DNA from: Ostrea edulis
Taxonomy: Eukaryota
Assembly: GCF_947568905.1 (NCBI RefSeq)
Contig: NC_079170.1
Coordinates: forward strand, 21,762,001-21,826,000
DNA: 64,000 nt
Direction: 5' to 3'
The notes below the pieces were generated by a model, which saw only the letters and a program-made list of their open reading frames with translations, did no database searches and was not told the DNA's origin. Positions 14,801-24,295 of the stretch are shown here, one piece after another. Every line of letters begins with the position of its first letter. Position 1 is the stretch's first letter. Made by a program: the position numbers and the translations under genes.

Positions 14801-17800
14801 GTTTAACCTGAAATGTACCAGAAAGTACCTTTGTGTATCAAATAACATGTTTGTGAAATTGCTGTTTTATCATTAATGTATAATTGGCTTCATAAGTGAA
14901 TTATCATCATAATTAATAGTATTTTCCTAAAGGATACTTCAGAAGTCCTACTTCCCAAGTGGTGCAAGAAAATGAGAACTCGGTTTGGAAAGCTTATCCA
15001 GAAAAAAGTATGGTGGTGGCGCCCGTGAATAGTACACGGAGAAGTGGGTTGTGACTAACTTTTCTTTCCTGAAGTCACACCGTCCGGGTTGCCAGCAGAC
15101 AGTCGGGATTACAAAAGGGTAAGCTGCAATGTACCACCTCTACACTGCCCTCTGACGAGTCTGACATGGACGATGTGACATTCCAATCGACCAGAAGAGT
15201 AGATGTTGTTCCATTTACCGATTCTACCACTACAGCGCCTAGGAGGATGATAACGAAAATGACATCCACAGAGAGTTGCAAGAGCTGATAGACAAGCTTG
15301 GGTTGAAGGCAGCCGCGAAATACGTGAAAATGTTGTGGAGATGATCAAGGCAGTGGAGAACCCCCGTAATGCCTATGCTAACTAACTTGCCCCCATCCAC
15401 ACCACACAGACATATGGGGGATTATCATGGTCTTTGTGGCAGAGTCAAATCGCCTACGGAAACTAGAGGAACAACAACAAATGCAGCCACATATTCAGTT
15501 TTATAGGCTAACTTAGAGTCAGCTATAATCCATGGTTCCACAACAACTACTAAAGTCTAATTTTAGTCATAGCAGTCGTACTCAGACGTGTCGTTCTGAT
15601 CAGATATAGAACACAGTTGTACTCACATCTGGGAGTACAATGATGTCTACCCCATTTTCCACTAACTTGTCTTGGGTCTTTGGTGAGACAGCTAGAGGAT
15701 ATAGACGACACGACACAGAAATCAAAAAGATTTCCTGTTTGTTAACACTCATGTAATGTAATGGGAACTTTTCGATACCAGATTAATTTTATGTGACATA
15801 AATAATGTCTATTTTTTGTATTGTTAATATCATCAGTTTTTGTAATGATTTTTTCGTATTCAAATCTTGATCAGAAAAAAACCCCTAGAAAAACCAACCG
15901 GAAAATAAATGACCTTAATGATTACAAGTTGACCTTGTCTCAGTCAGTAAGGGATTATTTGATCAGCTTGATAATTAAAACAAAATGTATGATCAATGTA
16001 AATCCAATAATGACCATTCATTGTAGAGGAAAGACATTTCATTGTACACAATTCGTTTTAAATGTAGAACAGTTACTAAAATAGCAATATATTTATTATA
16101 TAGTAACAATATATATTTTATTGGTACCGTATAAGTTTTTCATATTTACTAACATTACTTCAAATCAGGTTAGTTACTAGTATATGAAGCAAAGTTCATA
16201 AAATATTATACTGCCAGGGAACCTCACCGAGTAACCAGCCTAATTTATTTCCAGTTGAGATCTACCTCTTCTTTTTCGATGTAATTGCCCTTTAGTGTGA
16301 TGCAATTGGACCAACTGTATTCAAGTGTCATCAGCCCAAAACTGAAAAAGTCACGGTCATTTCCATTGACCACCTCCTCAACTGCCGTCACGACTTTTTC
16401 GTCAGACCGGAAATGACGTCCATGGTATCTAGTTTGGGAATAGGAAGAAGGCGCTAGGAGCTAGGTCTGGCGAATAGGCAGGATGTGGTATTAATTCATA
16501 CCCGTTTCGCTCCACAGCATCCGTTGCAACTTTGCAAACGTGGACTCTCGCGTTGTCATGTAAAAACTTATACGGTACCAATTTTGATGCACCAGATGCG
16601 CATTTCGACAAAAAATGTCTCCTCAGTGATGCTCAACCGAAATGTTTGAAATCCGAAATAACAATGAAGTTTTAGAGCTATTATAGGGGGAAACACAGTG
16701 TGCCAAAAAAGAGGAGTCAAATTCGTCTAAGGATAAGAGCTATGTTGCAGCAAAACACCTTTAGAGAGTTTACCTCGTCGTTTTTCACGGATGGCGGTCA
16801 TCAGTTGTTCTAGCAAGTTTGCATGATGCACTCCTGTTATTGTTTTTCTCTTATTATTCCAACATAATAACGCTTTTTACGTCCCAGAATACTGTGGTCA
16901 TCACTAACCAGCAGATGATTGCGTCTTGAACTTCTTTGACCTCGGGGATCCAGGCCCTATCCACTGATGACTCTGAGCTTTATTCTCTGGCTCATAATAA
17001 TGAACCTAAGTCTCATCTACCGTCACCAGACGCAAAAGAAAATCATCTTTTGACCTAAAACGTTTCAACAAGGCGCTGCATACTGATGTTCTGGTCACCA
17101 TTTGCTCATCGCTAAGGGATTTGGGGATCCATTGGGCTGTTAACTTGTGCATACCTAAACGATCATGTAAGATTGTTGAAACGCTGCCATGTGAAATGCC
17201 TAATGTCTGCGCTATTTCCTCCACCTGAATTCGCCTATCAGGGTATACCAGATTCAGAACTTTCTTACACATATCCTCGTCAGTGGCATACAGTGGACGT
17301 CCAGACCTGGCTTCGTCTTCTAAAGACGTTCTACCGCGTTTGAATTCCCCATCCCAAAAATTAGCCTGAGCATAAGATGGTGCAGAAGACACATAAACAT
17401 CGGCCAACTCACCGTATATTTCCTTGCCTGTTTTACCTTTTAAATACAAGTACCGAATTATAGCACGATACTCAACTTTAGATGAAAAGCATGCCTTTGC
17501 ATCACGAGCCATGTTTTATATTTATGTAGCAATATTCCATTATCACCTGCATATGGTGTTTATATATCTCAACTGATTCGATATGCAAGAGCTTGTTCTG
17601 GGTATAGTCAGGTTTTAAATCGAGGTAAGCTACTGACAAACAAGTCGATGGTACAGGGATTTCAACAGTCTCGATTGAAGTCAGCACTTCGCAAATTCTA
17701 TGGTCGTTATAACGATCTAGCTCGTCAATACAACCTCGCATTGGGTCAAATGCTGTCTGACGTGTTTCATACCGATTGTTAAGCCGTTCTTGGCACACTG

Positions 17801-19949
17801 ATTTTGACTGCGGATAACTCCGTTTACCTGATCAGGATATGGGGCTCACGGTGGGTGTGACCGGTCAACAGGGGATGCTTACTCCTCCTAGGCACCTGAT
17901 CCCACCTCTGGTGTGTCCAGGGGTCCGTGTTTGCCCAACTATCTATTTTGTATTGCTTGTAGGAGTTATAAGATTGATCACTGTTCGTTATCTTCACCTT
18001 GCATTCAATATCTTATTAAAGAATGACTCGATTTGCGTGGAATTTTGTATCCAGGTATGAAACATGTATTGAAACAAGACATGAAAATCGTAACCGTCTC
18101 GGTCAATCGGAAATGAGATAGGCTGGTTACTTATTGACTCGTCCTTGTATCTTTGCTTATAGATGGCCTTCGTTCTGACATTCCCTTTATGGTTAATTTC
18201 CAAGTCGTGCATGACGAGACCATTTCTCAATTCACCTGGGACTGTGTTATTGTTGTTGTCAGCCCGGTCCATGACATCTGCTGCTGCAAATTCTATGTAA
18301 TAGTTTGTGGCAATGCTCAAAAATTCTGTTTAGTCGTATAGTGGCAGGACCCAGCTAAAAGTCGACCAAAAAATAACAGAAATTTTTCCGAATTCATTTC
18401 TGGATATCTTGGGAAATATATGGAATTTCGGTATGAACTTAGGTAGTAATGTAGATTGATTATGTATGAATATATTAGAATACAGAGTAAAATTTTATAC
18501 CATTTTGTTTATAGTATAATTCGTACATATCTCGTAAAACAATCGTCAGAACTCGTGAAGAACTCGTGTAAATGTCGACTAGACTCACTTGAGCTCGTAC
18601 ATTCTCGTAGAAAAGTATTCGATTCTGGTGAAAGGCACTGTCAACACATCATACAGATGTTGCCGAAAACTCGTGTTAAAAAGAAACCATCATCCTACTC
18701 TCGTGACAGTGTGGACGAGAACTCGGGCAGAGGTCGAACTGATGTCCCCTTCATCAAAAACCATCGCAAACTCCTTGAGTTTTTTACGAGTTAAACCCGC
18801 CAATACTCGTGATTACTCGTAGCTCCAAATCGTCACAGTGTGACTGGGGTTACAATATAGTGACCCAAATCGTCACACTGTGACCGGGGCTACAATATAG
18901 TGACCCAAATCGTCACACTGTGACCGGGGCTACAATATAGTGACCCAAATCGTCACATTGTGACCGGAGCTTGTAGTGACTTATTTGCCAAACGCCAACA
19001 ATTTAGATGCGACGTTCGTAATCTTTCGATAGCTTAAAACTGAGGTCCCATGTCATGGCAAGCGTTGGCAGGATAAAGAACCCTTCACCCTGAGCACCGT
19101 GCATATCTTTATTTGTGGGTCTTCACCTACAGCTGGCAACGTCTCTGTCAGTCAGAGGGGAATTCTCGAAAGGACGTAAAACCAACAAAAGAACTATACT
19201 GATTGGTTACTAGTGTTTTGAAGATAAGCTACCGGTACTATGTAAACTACCGGTACTATGTAAACTACCGGTACTATGTAAACTACCGGTACTATGTACT
19301 TTTGAACATCTGAAAATAAATCCCACTTATAACAACCATTAATCGAAATGTACTGTGTTCATATTAATAAACAAAAATGCTGAGGAGTGTACGAGGAGAA
19401 TAGAAAATCGTATTTACAATTAACAAAGGTATCAATTTACATAGTTTTATATTATAGAAATATCAGTGTTGTATATATTTTATTAATGAAAGTTTGTCTT
19501 TGTTTTAAGCGAATTGTTAATCTTTCTGTGAAATCGAGATAAGACCTTTTCTCGAAATGAATCAAATCTCGTGCTTAGATCTTTCCTCCAATAATTCTAA
19601 TTTAGAACTTTTGAGTTTGAGTTGTCCAATTGAGTTTCGAATTTACGAACATATACACGAGTCATATATAGATTTTTTTCCTGGAGGACATTGATTTTTG
19701 AAGAGGTGATTCGATGTTGTTTGGACGAATGAACATCAGACATTGCAAGCCTACTAGACACTTGTATGAAACGACCAAACCTAAATGATCGTTAAAGATA
19801 GGCACACATTACATCCATTCTTCACACATGAGATTTTCCTTAAAATGCACAATTTATCTAAACATGAGGAGGAGAAGGAAACAATGAATTGTCAATAGGA
19901 TATACTTACAAGAAATAAATATCAAACAAACGAAGAAAATTGTGTCCAT
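4898..19949 (-). CDS. CYYR1/Shisa-like single-pass membrane protein, paralog A (4 exons, 168 aa)
   Basis: Exons 19949-19910, 13496-13415, 5398-5217 and 5100-4898, all GT-AG, phases 1/2/1, 507 nt with no internal stop. Product: MDTIFFVCLIFISWTFSDA (signal-like), KYCYYSYYYSNYYC, TM IAGIVVGSVVAIVVIVALVIY, KKKEK, Pro-rich tail with PPAY. The same exon structure recurs in the paralog at 59498-60678. Confidence 0.75.
5150..5210. repeat. (GA)n microsatellite filling intron 3 of paralog A
   Basis: Direct reading. Confidence 0.95.
5458..6100 (-). mobile_element. Penelope-like element, 5'-truncated (RT C-terminus plus 3' UTR)
   Basis: The minus strand gives ESSTSTSYLDILLK..TTQLYDK..FSFFIVN, typical of the PLE RT thumb region. 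The 3' UTR is shared with 17520-18003 and 50282-50820 (ends ...cactgttcgttatcttcacct). Confidence 0.8.
6447..6630 (-). mobile_element. SINE fragment (same family as 62353-62612)
   Basis: gtttaacgtccctc...gagcagggag...ccacacccgctgtgacacgggacctcgg...tctcatctgaaggacc. Confidence 0.8.
7497..7926. mobile_element. MITE with CAGTGGCGGAT / ATCCGCCCCTG termini
   Basis: Imperfect TIRs; TTTAT directly flanks both ends. Superfamily not assigned. Confidence 0.6.
8060..9855. repeat. AT-rich pentamer-based microsatellite (ATTAC/ATTAT/ATCAT; 15-bp period) with N gaps
   Basis: Direct reading; gaps at 8244-8590 and 8811-8943. Confidence 0.95.
9880..9970 (+). mobile_element. Penelope-like 3' tip
   Basis: ccaggggtccgtgtttgcccaact...gagattgattactgtttgttatcttcgcct matches the 3' end of the other PLE copies. 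Confidence 0.75.
10255..11451. repeat. 67-bp minisatellite, ~18 copies
   Basis: aaggctgac recurs at 10255, 10322, 10389 and onward; unit aaggctgacgttccctgggtaagaactagagcttgtcagacttaaattgtaactagtggtatataac. Confidence 0.95.
11722..11802. repeat. (CT)n microsatellite
   Basis: Direct reading. Confidence 0.95.
12230..13432 (-). repeat. ~30-36-bp minisatellite built from the exon-2 3' end and 5' splice site of paralog A
   Basis: Minus-strand unit (CAA)nCACGTACCT|GTAAGTATAAATAA. The array degenerates away from the exon. Confidence 0.9.
14417..14590 (-). mobile_element. SINE fragment nested in the Harbinger element
   Basis: gcctatgctcggcacttatggcctttgagcaggg...tctcatccgaaggac...gtaccgaggaccta. 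Confidence 0.8.
16562..16743. mobile_element. ~180-bp insertion splitting the mariner LLQH/DNAR motif
   Basis: Flanked by ATGT on both sides; removing it restores LLQHDNARVH. Its end ggtaccgtataagtttt also occurs at 16123-16140. Family unassigned. Confidence 0.55.
17520..18003 (+). mobile_element. Penelope-like element 3' fragment nested in the mariner
   Basis: The + frame reads LCSNIPLSPAYGVYISQLIRYARACS..RLKSALRKFYGRYNDL..FHTDC*, followed by the shared 3' UTR. Confidence 0.85.
18826..18978. repeat. 40-bp x4 repeat containing the Harbinger right TIR
   Basis: Unit ccaaatcgtcacactgtgaccggggctacaatatagtgac. Confidence 0.9.
19035..19190 (+). mobile_element. Degenerate SINE fragment (second family)
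   Basis: aaaactgaggtcccatgtcatggcaagcgttggcaggataaagaaccc resembles the central domain of the other SINE copies. Confidence 0.55.
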
Positions 19950-20247
19950 CCCTTTCAGTTAAAAATTCGAAAACAAGCACTTCTTTAACTTCATGTTACT
20001 TCCACCAACACCTTAACTATATAATCATTTAGAAATGTACTTGTGAAATTTAACATTCATTGTTTCTGATATTGAACAAATACTGCAAATAAGTACCAAA
20101 GAATGCTGGAAAGTTTGTTCAGGCTATTGATTAATTTCGTCCGTCTTTGCAGCCCATTGGAATAATTGATTGAGAAATGTAACAGAAAGTTAACAATGTC
20201 ATTTCTTATGAAAGACGTACAGGACGCCTCTTCTGTCTTGTCAAGCA

Positions 20248-20870
20248 TTTAGTTACAAACGATCCCAGTATCTTATTATTTAGTTACAAACGTTCCCAGT
20301 ATCTTATTATTTAGTTACAAACGTTCCCAGTATCTTATTATTTAGTTACAAACGTTCCCAGTATCTTATTATTTAGTTACAAATGTTCCCAGTATTTTAT
20401 CATTTTAATAGTTACAAACGTTCCCAGAATTTTATCATTTAGTTACAAACGTTCCCAGTATTTTATCATTTTGATATTTACAAACATTCCCAGTATTTTA
20501 TCATTTAGTTACAAACGTTCCCAGTATTTTGACATTTAGTTACAAACGATCCCAGTATCTTATTATTTAGTTACAAATGTTCCCAGTATTTTATCATTTA
20601 GTTACAAACGTTCCCAGTATTTTATTATTTAGTTACAAATGTTCCCAGTATTTTATCATTTAGTTACAAACGTTCCCAGTATTTTGACATTTAGTTACAA
20701 ACGTTCCCAGTATTTTGACATTTAGTTACAAACGTTCCCAGTATTTTGATATTTAGTTACAAACGTTCCCAGTATTTTATTATTTAGTTACAAACGTTCC
20801 CAGTATTTTATTATTTAGTTACAAACGTTCCCAGTATTTTAACATTTAGTTACAAACGTTCCCAGTACAT
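20248..20870. repeat. ~30-bp minisatellite, ~20 copies
   Basis: Unit atttagttacaaacgttcccagtattttatc. Confidence 0.95.
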
Positions 20871-22462
20871 GTATTTTGTCATTTAGTTATGTTTGTCAGT
20901 TATGTAATTATGAAAGCCTTGTGGGGTCAAATCAAGGGCATGGCATTTTTTTTTTTTGCATAAGTAGATAAAAAGTCGTTATTACGACTTTCTGTCAAGA
21001 AAATAAGAATACATTTAAGATAGCGCTTCATGAAAAGTATGCTGTTCATAACCTAATGAATTTTAAAAAATGAAATATATCTTTCATATTTACACTTTAC
21101 TTTCATTTCTGTCGGATTCTTCCAAGCCGTTAAAATAGTCGTACTATATTCATCAAGATTCATACGCACGTTGTTTACATCCATGAAGTGGCTATCATTC
21201 CCATTGGCAGCGTCGGAAACCCATGGTCGGTCGGTTTCCGACGATGTTCCATTGGTAAAGATATCGAAGGTAAAACATTAGAAATCCAAATATTCGTCAG
21301 TGTATAAGAATGGAAAAACTGTTAAGACTGTGTTTTAACCATAGTGCAGTCATTTTACAAGAACCAAAATTGACTTGCACGACAAACCTTAAATTCATTT
21401 ATCAAATAAATCAACCCCTGTTCATCAGTTTAATTCTTTTATCAAATATTTTGATATTTTCCCTTACAGATTCTATAGAAGGTACCTGAGGTTTTAGTAA
21501 ATCAGAAATGCCTGCACTGTTAATTCACGGGGACTACTTTAACTCATTTCTGACGTCATGCCTGTTTACAAATAATAATGGACGGAAATCATTCATCTAC
21601 AATGGTACACGAATATGTGCCTCCAGAAATAGAAATGCATAATTTGAAAATTATGTAATGAAAAGGTCACGCATGGAATATAGGAAATTCTACCACGGTT
21701 ATCGAAAAGATCAAAGGAATGCCGCGATCATTATTCTGTGATATACCTTCATACGTAATAACTGATTATGAGAAAATTGATGCACATCTGCCTTGCACAT
21801 AAGAATACACTTCGAAATGTAAAATCCATCCTGCGCATGTCGATTTCACGCCGTTTTGTGTATTGCTTTGAATTAGATTAGACACACGCCATTGTTGACT
21901 AAAATCGAATCTCCTATTGGGTGTTTACATAACATTGCAAAATAGAAACCATCTTCTTATTTTCGTGGATGTTACAGAATAACCTCATCGGTGTCGAAAT
22001 GTTATTTGAAATATAAAAGCCTCGGCTAACATCTCAACTCGGCTAACATTTCAACTCGGCTAACACTTCGACTCGGCTAACACCTCGACTTCTATCCTTC
22101 AAACAACATTTCTTCACCTTGGAGGTTATTCAGCAAGACATTATTTCTTAAATATACCTGCCCTCGGTCATTCCTAATTTGACCTCACTTAGACTTTCGT
22201 AGGCGATAAATCGGACCGAACCTTTGGAATCCTCCTCCGCGGAACGACTGGATGATCTCTACAGAATCTGTACTGGAAAATAGCAAAATATGTAAGGAGA
22301 GAATGGTATTGATGAAAGGGTTGATCTACCTAATAAATGGATTCAGGTTTTGGTATGCACGTCAATCGTGGCTCTTCTAAAGTGACTGCACGGTTAAAAT
22401 TCAGCCTTAACACTTACTTCGTTCTCATACACTGATAATGTCATCACATTATATAGACTTAA

Positions 22463-22969
22463 GGTATTCAATGTATAATGACCATATTTCATATCTAATA
22501 AATGGATGGTGGAATTTTTGTAACCATGGTATCATTTTGAAGGGTTCATCAAATAAAAATAATCCACCATAGGAATTTTCAAAATTTTGTTTACTGCTTG
22601 ATTTATTTCACCTAGAATTTAACATTGAAGTATATGGGGAAAGCATGTTTTATTACAATATTTTAAAAAGAAATTATATTTCCATACAAATCTCTTGGTA
22701 GAAAGTTACATACACTTTCTCTTAATGAAAATATGAAATAAAATTAATCTTTGACCACACACAATTTTAGAAAATTAGATTTTTCTTATTTTTACAAATG
22801 GCAGACAACTCTTCCAAAAAGGCTTAAGTGCAAAAAGGTCAGCTTCTAATCATTTACCAGTCATATGAATTTCATCTGCTTCACTTTCATCATTATTAAA
22901 CAATAAACATTTATGTTGATTTAAATCCTTCAAAATTGTTTATTATCCTTTCATTATACATGGAATACC
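22463..22969. mobile_element. Kolobok-type non-autonomous element
   Basis: TTAA on both sides (22459-62, 22970-73); TIR GGTATTC(A/C)ATGTATAATG; RR termini plus a TTAA TSD are Kolobok hallmarks. Absent from unit B. Confidence 0.75.
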
Positions 22970-23239
22970 TTAAAACATGATTGTGACGTAAACCTTTTGT
23001 TTGAATTGTCCATTCTATAGGTTATTGTTGTGCTAACTCCATAAACGGACCATTAAGTTACCTGTAAGTCTCTGTTCTATTTTAATAACTGTCCATTCTT
23101 TTAAGAATGGACAATTACAACAAACAGAAAGGACAGTAACAATAAACAGAATGGACAGTGCCAGGTAAAGATTGGAATGTACCCAAAGTGGAAAAACAAC
23201 AAATACATTAAATGCAACATTTAATTTACGTGTCTTCAA

Positions 23240-24185
23240 AACTTGAACTCGAAGGAAACATTGCCAGATTTGATTTTAATTTCACTAGTGGTATTTCCAG
23301 TCCCTGGTACTTTCACTTGTTTCTCTTCATCTGTATTTTGTTTGTCACTACTTTTAACAGTCCCATGAATACCATAATCTTGCTGATGTCTCACTCATCA
23401 CTCATTTTCAAAATATCTTCTTTTGATGTAAATCCAAATGAATTCTGTCCCAAGATGTTTTTCCTGTTTTGCTGCCTAGTTTCAAACAATGATATAGCCC
23501 ACCTCACCTTTCCTTAACTTTTCTTTGATAGTCCTTTCTTCAGTAACTCGTCTAATTCCTCTCGATTTGAACAGCGGTTTAAGAAAGCGCTCAATATTTT
23601 CAATATCCTGGCCAGCATTTTAAATTTCTCATCAGAAATGTCCGAGAATGAGATCACCTTCAGGTCGAAGTTTGCCTTATTTTGTGTTTTACTATTTTTC
23701 GTTTCTAACATCAGTATTTTGCGTATCTTCAGTTTCCTTGAATTTTAACTGAGTTAAAAAAATCACTTTCTCCATCAGAGGAGGACATGCTTATCTTACA
23801 TAGGGGAACTTTCAATTGATTCAGAAACATCACATACACGTATAAATATTTACCAAATCCCACCTGTAAGTGTCCATAGACAAAGGCTTTTGTTATGTAG
23901 CATAATGTAACACAATAGCCATTAACAAAATGCCGAGCGCCCTTAACTTACCTGTAACTGTGTATTCTGTAAACAATGAACTTACTATTGCATGTATGCT
24001 ACCTGGAACAATTCATTCTGAATACAATGCAAGTTCTATACATTTTGTTTAACTGATTCCACCCCACAAAAAGAAAATCATGTTTTAAGTAGGAGAAAGG
24101 CCTCAAACTGTCCATTCTGTAAGAGAAAGAACTAATTTCGGGCCTACGGCCCTCGATCAGTTTTTTCTCTCACAGAATGGACTCT
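23240..24185 (-). pseudogene. Crypton-like (tyrosine recombinase N-terminal-like) relic with terminal hairpin
   Basis: Minus strand reads EELDELLKKGLSKKS*GKVRWAISLFETRQQNR, recalling the N-T-x-x-x-T-x-W-A-x-x-x-F motif of Crypton-derived proteins. A donor-like CAG|GTAAGT lies at ~23950 and a hairpin at 24113-24181. Confidence 0.4.
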
Positions 24186-24220
24186 CCGCGACTAAAAATA
24201 AACATTAATACTTAATATGT

Positions 24221-24232
24221 ACTTTCGTTTTC
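24221..24232 (-). promoter_or_regulatory. ISRE/IRF-type site upstream of LRAT copy 1
   Basis: The reverse complement GAAAACGAAAGT fits GAAANNGAAA(G/C)T and lies 64 bp before the ATG. Motif match only. Confidence 0.4.
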
Positions 24233-24295
24233 TAAAATTCGGGAGACCAGAGACAGGATTTTGTACAATATTAATATGAACAACAACTAAGATTC

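Larger units (their letters stand above)
16195..18131 (-). mobile_element. mariner transposon, pseudogenised, with nested insertions
   Basis: ORF 17006-17512: KVEYRAIIRYLYLKG..EDEARSGRP..WIPKSL..VTVDET. ORF 16429-16611: HDNARVH..HPAYSPDLAPS(D)FFLFP. Inverted ends agtaaccagcct (~16219) and aggctggttact (~18120). Confidence 0.9.
13664..18851. mobile_element. PIF/Harbinger element (MADF-like ORF relic on +, transposase C-terminal relic on -) with nested insertions
   Basis: TIR aacctttcacactgtgacga (13664) pairs with tcgtcacagtgtgactggggtt (18830-18851). MADF-like remnants LQGNPILYNKDMEEYKK (~14667-14715) and KMRTRFGKLIQKK..KWVVTNFSFLKSH (~14965-15080). Minus strand at ~18135-18300 gives NNTVPGELRNG..GNVRTKA, like the C-terminus of the transposase at 62660-62840. 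Confidence 0.7.

Noticed and set aside
15075-15281. Signal-peptide-like ORF as exon 1 of paralog A
   Set aside because: Non-ATG start, no compatible donor, and antisense to Harbinger sequence; 19949-19910 fits phase and splice consensus.
17835-17930. HDV-like ribozyme in the PLE 3' UTR
   Set aside because: I could not fit the P1/P2/P3 double pseudoknot; left for a covariance search.
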